From an uncultured virus (IMG/VR IMGVR_UViG_3300025400_000009) (lineage: Duplodnaviria; Heunggongvirae; Uroviricota; Caudoviricetes): a stretch of DNA of 64,000 nucleotides. The position numbers were made by a program, and so were the translations under genes. The notes beneath the pieces were generated by a model. The model was not told where the DNA came from and did not search any database. It was given only the letters and a program-made list of their open reading frames with translations. Location: the IMG/VR virus record IMGVR_UViG_3300025400_000009; one strand, written 5' to 3'. Shown in pieces: positions 8,707 to 16,158 of the stretch (positions are counted from its first letter, which is position 1; the number at the start of each line of letters is the position of its first letter).

Positions 8707-8841
8707 ATGCAGTATACACTAATCACCCCAAAAGGCCAAATCTTACAATTCTTCCTGAAAGCAGTGGCCGAGCAGTTCCTACAAGCCTATGGCGGAACTC
8801 TAATAACAGACAAGATTTTGGTTGACACTGAGCAAGTTTGA
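8707..8841 (+). CDS. Small hypothetical early protein (44 aa)
   Basis: Own translation MQYTLITPKGQILQFFLKAVAEQFLQAYGGTLITDKILVDTEQV, after promoter 8659. Confidence 0.6.
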   Translation: MQYTLITPKGQILQFFLKAVAEQFLQAYGGTLITDKILVDTEQV

Positions 8842-8879
8842 CAGTATAATACATACATAGACAGCAAGGAGCACACACT

Positions 8880-9098
8880 ATGAACGAACGAATCGCAAAA
8901 CTATATGACCAAGCAACCATTTTAGAAGGCAATGGCGACTACGTGGCAGGTGAGTTGGATCCTGTAAAGTTCGCCGAGTTGATTGTGAAAGAATGTGCTC
9001 AAGTTGCTAATTTGACTGAAGACTATGATACTGATGATTATAAATCAGGACGGCAGTGGTCAGCATTTGATATTAAAAACCATTTCGGAGTTGAATGA
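8880..9098 (+). CDS. Hypothetical early protein (MNERI...KFAELIVKEC family)
   Basis: Own promoter plus AAGGAG; a motif common in small phage proteins. Confidence 0.75.
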   Translation: MNERIAKLYDQATILEGNGDYVAGELDPVKFAELIVKECAQVANLTEDYDTDDYKSGRQWSAFDIKNHFGVE

Positions 9099-9162
9099 TG
9101 ATTGGTTGACATCCTGCCCAAACGGCAGTATAATACATACATCGCAACAAGGAGCACACACC

Positions 9163-9459
9163 ATGGATTGGAACTTAGAAGGCAAGCGCATAAACGGTAT
9201 CTACTTGGGCTTGTTCCCCTACAAGGGTATGGTCATGGAAAGCCGTGTCAAGTACGGTGGACAAGTTCAGCATACCGTGGCGCTGGACGAGACTATCAAG
9301 GTCTTCGGCGAAGTCCGCGAATACATCCTTGTGGATACAGGCACTGGCGAGATCAATCGCATCCTGGACGAGCAGGACGACATGTTCGATCGTATGACCC
9401 CACAAGAGCAAGAAGACTTCATCAACGGCTACGAGTCAGCCAAATATTACGGCGCTTGA
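9163..9459 (+). CDS. Hypothetical early protein
   Basis: Start moved to ATG 9163 (MDWNLEG), after promoter 9106 and AAGGAG. Confidence 0.75.
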   Translation: MDWNLEGKRINGIYLGLFPYKGMVMESRVKYGGQVQHTVALDETIKVFGEVREYILVDTGTGEINRILDEQDDMFDRMTPQEQEDFINGYESAKYYGA

Positions 9460-9490
9460 CAATACTCCCAAAAGGCAGTATAATACACAC

Positions 9491-9712
9491 ATGAAACAGA
9501 AAAAGCAATACCAAATCATGCGAGAGACCACTATGTGGGAGGATGGCCTAATGGACACAGGGCGTCATGTCTACGTGTTCACAGACTACAAGCCCAACGC
9601 ACGAGCAGCCACTGTGGTCGCGTTCTCAGGCTTTGGACGCCATCCTGTTCGCAAGTATCCCAAACCCCTAGTCATTGACCTGCGCGGTCGCACATTCGAG
9701 GAAGTAGTATGA
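9491..9712 (+). CDS. Hypothetical early protein (probably leaderless)
   Basis: ATG lies 6 nt after TATAAT (9479-9484); no RBS. Confidence 0.65.
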   Translation: MKQKKQYQIMRETTMWEDGLMDTGRHVYVFTDYKPNARAATVVAFSGFGRHPVRKYPKPLVIDLRGRTFEEVV

Positions 9713-9924
9713 ACAAAGAAGAAATCACCGTCACTGGACTTACACCTATCCAAAAGATGATCTGCGAACTCCTGTGGAAGATGCCTTCCATGCACGCCGT
9801 AGAAGATCTTTGCCGTGCGGGTGGACCAGAATACTATGCCATGCGTGATCTCATGGTAGCGGCCCATTTTGACCGAGATGACACCCTTCAAGAAGGCCTC
9901 AAAGAATGGTTGACAAGCCTTTGA
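9709..9924 (+). CDS. Hypothetical early protein
   Basis: ATGA overlap; GAGG RBS. Confidence 0.65.
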   Translation: MNKEEITVTGLTPIQKMICELLWKMPSMHAVEDLCRAGGPEYYAMRDLMVAAHFDRDDTLQEGLKEWLTSL

Positions 9925-9964
9925 AATTCGGTTATAATACACTCATACACACTAAGGAGCTATC

Positions 9965-10303
9965 ATGTACGACTTTATCCGCCCTATGGAACTGAAAGAC
10001 GCTATCAACTACCTAGGCGCCTCTCGCAAAGCCTACAACAAGAACACAGGAGAAAAGCTCTCCTTTAAAGGCGCCTTTGACATGATCGACGAGTGTGCCT
10101 GTAATGTGGGCACCAACAAGGACTTGGCCATGATGAAGGCCATCCGAGCTTATATCACAGCTGAGTTGGAGGAGCGTGAAGCAGAGCTGTGGAAGCTGAT
10201 GGCATCGGTGGTAGACAAGAACGCCGTTAACAAGATGCTCAAAGATGATACCCTGTTTGAAGACAGCGACGAATATCAGATGGCTGACGAAGAATGCTAT
10301 TAA
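9965..10303 (+). CDS. Hypothetical early protein
   Basis: Own promoter plus AAGGAG. Confidence 0.75.
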   Translation: MYDFIRPMELKDAINYLGASRKAYNKNTGEKLSFKGAFDMIDECACNVGTNKDLAMMKAIRAYITAELEEREAELWKLMASVVDKNAVNKMLKDDTLFEDSDEYQMADEECY

Positions 10304-10342
10304 ACGGTTGACAACACCATCAAACTCAGTTATAATACTGAC

Positions 10343-10585
10343 ATGAAACAAAGAAAGGAAATCAAAATGGATATTTACACTCGTCGCGCTGTATACAAAG
10401 TTCTGGGACTGGTTGCTATGAGCTGTGCCGTTGGTGCTTTCACAGCGGCTTTGATCGACATCATTGGCCTCTCAGCAGTGGGCGGCCTATTCACCCTAGC
10501 ACTCTTAGTCTACCTCTGCTACCACATGGTCGTCAGCGATGCTGAAGCCCAACGCAGTCAAGCTCGTTTGAAAGAAATGGAATAA
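10343..10585 (+). CDS. Small two-TM membrane protein
   Basis: Two hydrophobic helices; the start may instead be 10367 (AAGGAA RBS). Confidence 0.65.
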   Translation: MKQRKEIKMDIYTRRAVYKVLGLVAMSCAVGAFTAALIDIIGLSAVGGLFTLALLVYLCYHMVVSDAEAQRSQARLKEME

Positions 10586-10589
10586 CACT

Positions 10590-10712
10590 ATGAACAAAAC
10601 CGCGAAAAGCTCTACCGGCGGCACTATCACTTACACAAAGACTGGTCTGATTCACCGTGCTGGCCAAGCCTATAGTGGAAAAATCGCACAGCAGGAATCC
10701 AAGAAGCGATAA
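10590..10712 (+). CDS. Small basic protein (40 aa)
   Basis: Own translation MNKTAKSSTGGTITYTKTGLIHRAGQAYSGKIAQQESKKR; fills the gap exactly. Confidence 0.5.
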   Translation: MNKTAKSSTGGTITYTKTGLIHRAGQAYSGKIAQQESKKR

Positions 10713-10720
10713 ATAATTTC

Positions 10721-11014
10721 ATGTATATAGTAACCACCACACTGACCCGAGTGACCACATCTACTCAGTGGTATGATGATTTTAATCCCGTAGGCTATCA
10801 AGGCTATTTGGATTACATAACCACACAGACCGGCTTCATAAGTCTAACTGACGCTAGGCCCGATGATTTCACTAGGGTCAGGGTTACAACCTTTGACAAC
10901 CAAGCCAACTACGATGCATTCATGAGCAGTGCCTATCGTAGTGAAGAACTACTAGATCTAATGACCTATATCTTCCAAGAAGGCATTCAAATCGATCTCA
11001 AAGAACCTGAATAA
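10721..11014 (+). CDS. Hypothetical protein with a late-type promoter
   Basis: TAAATA (10710-10715) 5 nt upstream of the ATG; no sigma70 promoter or RBS. Confidence 0.65.
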   Translation: MYIVTTTLTRVTTSTQWYDDFNPVGYQGYLDYITTQTGFISLTDARPDDFTRVRVTTFDNQANYDAFMSSAYRSEELLDLMTYIFQEGIQIDLKEPE

Positions 11015-11078
11015 AAACGGTTGACACACCCGCCCTTTGACAGTATAATACACACATACACAGCAAGGAGCACACACT

Positions 11079-11276
11079 ATGAAGAATCCCGTCCCCCACA
11101 GCTCAATGTTCGCCACTCCCATTAACTTGGAAGCTCTCTTGCTCCAAATTGATACGATTTCCAACCGGAGTGAGCGAGCCACCGTTATGACCTACGTCAT
11201 GATGGCCTTGAACACCGCACATAATTTAGTTGAACAAGAACTTGAAAATGTGGTTGACATCTTGGAACGTCCGTAG
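11079..11276 (+). CDS. Hypothetical early protein
   Basis: Own promoter plus AAGGAG. Confidence 0.75.
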   Translation: MKNPVPHSSMFATPINLEALLLQIDTISNRSERATVMTYVMMALNTAHNLVEQELENVVDILERP

Positions 11277-11314
11277 TATAATAACACTCATACACACACT
11301 AACAAGGAGCTAAG

Positions 11315-11536
11315 ATGTTTAAGACAGATGCACAAGTAGAGTTTGAAAAGATCCTCAAAGAGTTTTCCGCTGTGACCTACGAAGTCTACGGCAACCATTC
11401 CTACGCTACGGGCTACTACGAAAGCCTTATGACTGAGATGTTCCGTAGCTTGAGCAAGAAGTCACAGCAAGAACTGATCCGTGACATGGACTCAGCTGTA
11501 GAACAACAACATGAAAAGATGTTGACACAAGCCTAA
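11315..11536 (+). CDS. Hypothetical early protein
   Basis: Own promoter plus AAGGAG. Confidence 0.75.
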   Translation: MFKTDAQVEFEKILKEFSAVTYEVYGNHSYATGYYESLMTEMFRSLSKKSQQELIRDMDSAVEQQHEKMLTQA

Positions 11537-11582
11537 TCCGGCTGTATAATACATACTTGTTTAACACACTAAGGAGCACACT

Positions 11583-11762
11583 ATGAAAAACAAACTAACA
11601 GTAGCAGAATTGATCGCAATCTTGAGCAAGTTGGATGGCACGATGGAAGTTGAGATTGGTATGAACCAAGAATACCAACGCGGTATTGATGCTGAAGACA
11701 TTCGTGTTGAGTCGTTTGATTTCCACAACAACGGCGAGCCGTATGTGTTTATCGGCGATTAA
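11583..11762 (+). CDS. Small hypothetical early protein (59 aa)
   Basis: Own translation MKNKLTVAELIAILSKLDGTMEVEIGMNQEY...YVFIGD; promoter 11522 plus AAGGAG; N-terminus resembles ORF 6469. Confidence 0.7.
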   Translation: MKNKLTVAELIAILSKLDGTMEVEIGMNQEYQRGIDAEDIRVESFDFHNNGEPYVFIGD

Positions 11763-11833
11763 CCCTAGAGGTTGACAGAAGTCTAAAAGAGCAGTATAAT
11801 ACACACATGTTAAACACAAAGCAGGAGCAAAAA

Positions 11834-12181
11834 ATGGAACTCACAGCACAGCAAGTAGAAGCTATCGTTCAAGACGCTATGATCACGGCCCGCGAGGCAG
11901 CACAGCGAGCCTTGGCCCAACACGGCGACGCAGATGCCTGTGGCTTTGCTTGGGTCAACATCTGGGAACACAATGGTAAGAAGATCCGTGCTAACAGCAA
12001 GCTCGGTAAGGCGCTCATTGCGGCAGGTGTTCGCAAGGACTACACGGGCGCCTACTGCCTGTGGAACCCCAGCAAGTTGGGTGTGCAAAGCATGGGCATA
12101 CTAGAAGCAGGCGCATACGCAGCCGCAGAAGTATTCAAGCTCAACGGATTTACTGCCTACGCTGGCAGTCGTATGGACTAA
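11834..12181 (+). CDS. Conserved phage early protein (DACGFAWV family)
   Basis: Start at 11834 after AGGAG (in-frame alternative 11807); GDADACGFAWV...AYAGSRMD. Confidence 0.75.
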   Translation: MELTAQQVEAIVQDAMITAREAAQRALAQHGDADACGFAWVNIWEHNGKKIRANSKLGKALIAAGVRKDYTGAYCLWNPSKLGVQSMGILEAGAYAAAEVFKLNGFTAYAGSRMD

Positions 12182-12199
12182 CTGATAAAAAGGGTTTGG

Positions 12200-12234
12200 T
12201 CCCCCGTTGAGCTAGGCTCCGGGGGATTTTTTTT
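12200..12234 (+). terminator. Rho-independent terminator ending the early array
   Basis: TCCCCCG...CGGGGGA stem followed by T8. Confidence 0.8.
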
Positions 12235-12326
12235 GACTGGAGGTGGTGGTGTGGTTGGGCATGGTGGGGGCTTTCAGGTGTATACGCTAAACTGTTGTAA
12301 AAATACAACAATCGCTTGCCAAATCT

Positions 12327-12445
12327 TTCTAAAACTTCTTCTAAAACTTCTTCTAAAACTTCTTCTAAAACTTCTTCTAAAACTTCTTCTAAAACTTCTT
12401 CTAAAACTTCTTCTAAAACTTCTTCTAAAACTTCTTCTAAAACTT
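12327..12445. repeat. Perfect tandem repeat, about 10 x 12 bp (TTCTAAAACTTC)
   Basis: Nine full units plus an 11-bp partial unit, with no spacers. Confidence 0.95.
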
Positions 12446-12638
12446 TCACCACTAAAAAACTCGACTTAGAGTAAAACCACCTAGATCTAGATCTGGAAAC
12501 CACTTTTTTACTGCGCCCTAATTTTTTAGCTACTATATAGACCGGTGTCCCTGCACAATCTCAGATCTAAAAATTTTTTAGCAGAATTTTTTAAATACTG
12601 TATATAGATTTTTTGGGAAAGGTGTCGATACACACGCT

Positions 12639-12959
12639 ATGAGTCATGATACTGATGATTTCTCACATAGGCACGGGCCAACGTCCCGTATGCTTTGGGA
12701 CCGTTGGCCCTCGCTACCATTCCACGCTGTAGCTCCTTGGCCACACATAGAAGATCCACGCCACCTAGGGCAAGGGGATTGGGTCAATCAAGTCAATACA
12801 GTGGAATCATGGTTAGATCAGTACATAGGGCGTCACTATGTGGATTGGACTTGGGACATGTGGTCGCTCAAGCAGGCCTTTTACTGTGGAGTGGCTTTTA
12901 GGGAAAGCCGTAGTGTTACGCTGTTTTTACTGCGTTTTGGCTCAGTTGCCCCCACTTAG
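12639..12959 (+). CDS. Hypothetical Trp-rich protein
   Basis: 106 aa; C-terminal VAF....VTLFLLRF motif. Confidence 0.65.
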   Translation: MSHDTDDFSHRHGPTSRMLWDRWPSLPFHAVAPWPHIEDPRHLGQGDWVNQVNTVESWLDQYIGRHYVDWTWDMWSLKQAFYCGVAFRESRSVTLFLLRFGSVAPT

Positions 12960-13765
12960 TGTGCTAGATCTATGCCCCCACCGTATCTTGCTATCAGTGC
13001 TTGTTGCTGTGTTTGATAAGTTGTGAGATACTGTCTTGCACCTTCTGGTGTAGCCATGCCAGTTATTTCACTTAGTTGTGCCAGTACAGAGTCACTGTTT
13101 TGCCATATGTCTCTACTGGCAATAGTCCACACACGATCCCCGTACTGGCCAGCTATCTGTGGATTCACAAACAGTTCACTGCGATTGATCGGCCATCGAC
13201 GCATCAAATCCCTGGGATATTCACGTATATAACGACCCAAGTCTTCACTGGTGACTTCCAAGGGAGAACTATAAGCGCTGAATATTTGGGGGATTCTAGT
13301 TTGTAAATCACTCCATATTGTTTGAACTTTAGTGCCTTGATCGTCATACTGCCATGTCTGTACTAGATCTTTATACCAAAGGTTAAAGTCCAACAAGGGC
13401 CACGACTCCTGATCCACTGTGACTATTATGACCTTGCCTAAAGGCCAACGATCAAAGTACTCCCTGTACAAGGGCACATTGTTGATGATGAAAATACAGG
13501 GTCTAGTGCTATCCCTGGGATCGATCAAGGCACTGATCCAGTTAATGCCCTGTGCATACGTGGTCAAAGGCACGCCCTGTCCCTCTCCCCAGTTATTCAG
13601 CTGTTCATTGTGGCCGATGTGACTGTTGTTGAAAGCACTGGGTTTGAATGATAGACCTAGATCACCGTTGACATAGTAGTGCAACAGGGTGTTAACGGTA
13701 CTGCCGCCTGATCCCGGAGTGTGTGCTATGAGATAGCAGGGTGTATTGGGCCAAGTAGTATTCAT
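12956..13765 (-). CDS. Hypothetical protein, possible sulfotransferase-like/P-loop-like fold
   Basis: N-terminal LIAHTPGSGGSTV; paralogous to ORF 36107..36901. Confidence 0.6.
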   Translation of the reverse strand: MNTTWPNTPCYLIAHTPGSGGSTVNTLLHYYVNGDLGLSFKPSAFNNSHIGHNEQLNNWGEGQGVPLTTYAQGINWISALIDPRDSTRPCIFIINNVPLYREYFDRWPLGKVIIVTVDQESWPLLDFNLWYKDLVQTWQYDDQGTKVQTIWSDLQTRIPQIFSAYSSPLEVTSEDLGRYIREYPRDLMRRWPINRSELFVNPQIAGQYGDRVWTIASRDIWQNSDSVLAQLSEITGMATPEGARQYLTTYQTQQQALIARYGGGIDLAH

Positions 13766-13935
13766 ATGTATGGTGGTGGTGGTGGTGGTGGTGTAGTGTG
13801 GTGTGTTTGGAGTTTTTGTTTATATACGCACTATTAATTATCCCCCTGCGGGCCTTCGTTAACTGACTATATAACTAGGGTGTGTAAAAATCTGCACCGG
13901 GATTTTTTGGCGCTTCGCGCTTTGCGGGCAGCGTT

Positions 13936-14658
13936 TTAGGCCTTGACCGGACCGCCACGATGTCCGATTAAGAGATAGTAGTAGGGATTACGATCAATGT
14001 CAAAGTTTTCACAGGGCACTTCTTTGATGACTTCCAAGCCCGCGGCTTCGATCATGGGATCAAATATGCTGCGGGGGCCGGCGCCTGAGTTGCCGTTTTC
14101 ACAGATCCAAATCACACCGTCGGGTCTAAGATAACGGGGCACACTGCGAAAAAACTCCCTATGCGCTTCCCATCCCCAATCACTGAGCACACGGATGTCA
14201 TCAGCGTTTTGTCGGGGATTGATGTCTGCGCTGTGCGGAGGATTACCAATGATCAAATCATACTGCTCGGACTCGGGCAAGTCCTGTATTTCACTGATGT
14301 GGAAAACACTCACACGGCCCTGCGTGTCTAGACCATCCATGTTGTTATAGGGTGCGTTCACAGTGGCATTGGCATAGATCAGTGCAGGTGCATGTATGTC
14401 CGCTAGAGCCATGGTGCGAGCCATGCCCCAATCCATGATTTCAAATCCACAGTAGCCCGGACCACAACACCACTCTAACACTCGGTCAAACACACGGTCG
14501 GGAAATAGGGGTTTGAGCAAACGAGGAAACTCACTGCCCCACTTGCGGCCGCCACCGTCTAGACCCTCGGTGTCATAGACACGGTATTTTTGATTTGTGG
14601 TCACATAGTAGGGACTGGTCTCGTAGTCAATTTGGCTGGTGGTAGGAATAGTAATCAT
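13936..14658 (-). CDS. Class I SAM-dependent methyltransferase (HemK/MTS-like)
   Basis: VLEWCCGPG motif I, YDLIIGNPPH and YLRPDG; start moved to 14658 (TAAATA 8 nt upstream). Confidence 0.85.
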   Translation of the reverse strand: MITIPTTSQIDYETSPYYVTTNQKYRVYDTEGLDGGGRKWGSEFPRLLKPLFPDRVFDRVLEWCCGPGYCGFEIMDWGMARTMALADIHAPALIYANATVNAPYNNMDGLDTQGRVSVFHISEIQDLPESEQYDLIIGNPPHSADINPRQNADDIRVLSDWGWEAHREFFRSVPRYLRPDGVIWICENGNSGAGPRSIFDPMIEAAGLEVIKEVPCENFDIDRNPYYYLLIGHRGGPVKA

Positions 14659-14708
14659 AGTATCATTATTTATTATGTGGGTATTTAACTTCAATAAATA
14701 TTGACATC

Positions 14709-14912
14709 ATGATCAACGTACAAGTAAAACCCTATAAAGTAACCATAGACCTGACCATAACATCGGGCAACGAAGTCAGCGCCCAGGCTGTGGCTCAACA
14801 GATTGTTGAGTATGCTGCCCTACATCCGCGCATTGACCAAATCACTGCGGCCACGGTGCAGGTCAGTGATCAAGCTAGTCCTAACTCAATACCCCCGGAA
14901 CTAAGAGCCTGA
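14709..14912 (+). CDS. Small hypothetical protein
   Basis: 67 aa; TAAATA at 14695-14700. Confidence 0.55.
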   Translation: MINVQVKPYKVTIDLTITSGNEVSAQAVAQQIVEYAALHPRIDQITAATVQVSDQASPNSIPPELRA

Positions 14913-15419
14913 TATATGTTGGTCTAATAGGGCTTGTAGTTCTAGAACGGCTTCATGCGGGCGGGAACCCAGGACCTGTACAGCCACACCGCCCTGTTCA
15001 CGCCATTCAAAACAGTTGCTGGTACGATCGTCGACTAGTATATCCCCAGGGCGACAGTGATTACACTTGTCATGACTGTAGGGGCCAAATCGCACTTCTA
15101 TTTCAGGATAGTAGTCCCGCATCCATAGAATCTTGTCATGAAAACAATCGGGCATGTCATTTTTACGGGGAATGGCAGTAAGCATGTATAGATTATAACC
15201 ACACTGGTCCCTAAACTGTCGGGCCAAAGCCATGATGCTATCGGCTATGGCAGTCTTGGGCAAGTGACGATAAAAGTGGGGGATTTCCCTAATGCGAGCC
15301 CACTCTGATTCAATCCAACGACCGTCAATAACGGCATCTTTGCGGGCTTCTAGGGCATCTCGAGCAGCAGCATCAAAGTCTGCTACCACTCCATCCATGT
15401 CTATGTAAATGTTGTTCAT
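14901..15419 (-). CDS. 5'(3')-deoxyribonucleotidase, HAD family (NT5C-like)
   Basis: IYIDMDGVVADF, LTA, DK..W and ILVDDR..N..EW...GG motifs. Confidence 0.9.
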   Translation of the reverse strand: MNNIYIDMDGVVADFDAAARDALEARKDAVIDGRWIESEWARIREIPHFYRHLPKTAIADSIMALARQFRDQCGYNLYMLTAIPRKNDMPDCFHDKILWMRDYYPEIEVRFGPYSHDKCNHCRPGDILVDDRTSNCFEWREQGGVAVQVLGSRPHEAVLELQALLDQHISGS

Positions 15420-15427
15420 AGCATATA

Positions 15428-16123
15428 TTATATGCTAAGATCCTGATCGTGAGCAAGATCTATGAGCTTTTGTAGTGCTCGAACTGTGTCATCGTTGCGT
15501 AGGCTTTTGTAAACAAGGTTAGGTATACTAAACTCGCCACGGGGGTCATTGTGTAGTCCCTTGCGACGATAGGTACGCAACAACTTCATGGTGCCCCGCA
15601 TGGTGTTCAACTTGCCGCTACGTATGGCATGTTTGATTATGGTGTGCCATATGTCCACCCAATGTGCTAGTTCTTGGGTGTCAATCTGTGGTATATTTTT
15701 AGTGGGCTTGCGTAGCCAAGCATTCTTAACAATGCTATAACAGCCCCCGCTTTGGGCAGGCATATCTCGATCTTCTACATAAAGTTCCACAGGTATACCG
15801 TAGACTTCTAGACTGCGTTGTTGTTTGTATAACAAGCGTTTGGTGTCCATGAGCTCATGCACTTCACGGTCACAACTAACTTTTCGAAAATCTGCTATTA
15901 GATGCAGATCGATATCACTTTTATTGGTATAGGTATAGTTGGCGTTACCACCAGTGATCACTATGTCTACCACATCCAAGGGAACATCTATGAACTTTTG
16001 GAAATCTTCGGCCATGCGTAGCAGTGCGCCACGTACTGAGCTTTTTAGTGTATTGTGATCCCATATCTTGGTATTCAACACAGGGTTAACATCAACCGGA
16101 GGGGCAAATTCTTTAAAATTCAT
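15428..16123 (-). CDS. Pol-beta superfamily nucleotidyltransferase-like protein
   Basis: ITGGNANYTY...SDIDLHL plus VELYVED; C-terminal GEFS..NLVYK.LR. Confidence 0.75.
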   Translation of the reverse strand: MNFKEFAPPVDVNPVLNTKIWDHNTLKSSVRGALLRMAEDFQKFIDVPLDVVDIVITGGNANYTYTNKSDIDLHLIADFRKVSCDREVHELMDTKRLLYKQQRSLEVYGIPVELYVEDRDMPAQSGGCYSIVKNAWLRKPTKNIPQIDTQELAHWVDIWHTIIKHAIRSGKLNTMRGTMKLLRTYRRKGLHNDPRGEFSIPNLVYKSLRNDDTVRALQKLIDLAHDQDLSI

Positions 16124-16158
16124 ATTTGGTATTTATGCTGTGTAAATACACGAGCTTT

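Larger units (their letters stand above)
3657..11800 (+). promoter_or_regulatory. Array of 22 near-consensus sigma70 early promoters
   Basis: -35 boxes start at 3657, 3982, 4245, 4497, 5264, 5676, 6158, 6413, 6705, 7430, 7983, 8247, 8659, 8822, 9106, 9456, 9910, 10308, 11021, 11254, 11522 and 11772. Each has an exact 17-bp spacer to TATAAT (TACAAT at 7453, TATACT at 8270). Most are followed by ACAYAY...CACTAAGGAGC. Confidence 0.92.

Noticed and set aside
4639..9494. Track starts at 4639, 5264, 6154 and 9025, and ORF 9102..9494
   Set aside because: These extend through promoter elements or overlap better-supported genes; downstream ATGs with AGGAG were used instead.
3657..11800. Integron cassette array (attC sites)
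   Set aside because: GTTGACA does not fit GTTRRRY, no inverse core or long imperfect palindromes were seen, and there is no integrase in the window. The repeats are fully explained as promoters plus RBS.
12327..12445. CRISPR array
   Set aside because: Units are contiguous with no unique spacers, and there are no cas genes in the window.
12150..12503. ORFs 12150..12503 (EEVL repeats) and 12233..12469 (LKLL repeats)
   Set aside because: Artefacts of the stop-free 12-bp tandem repeat; no RBS, no synonymous variation between units, and they overlap the terminator.
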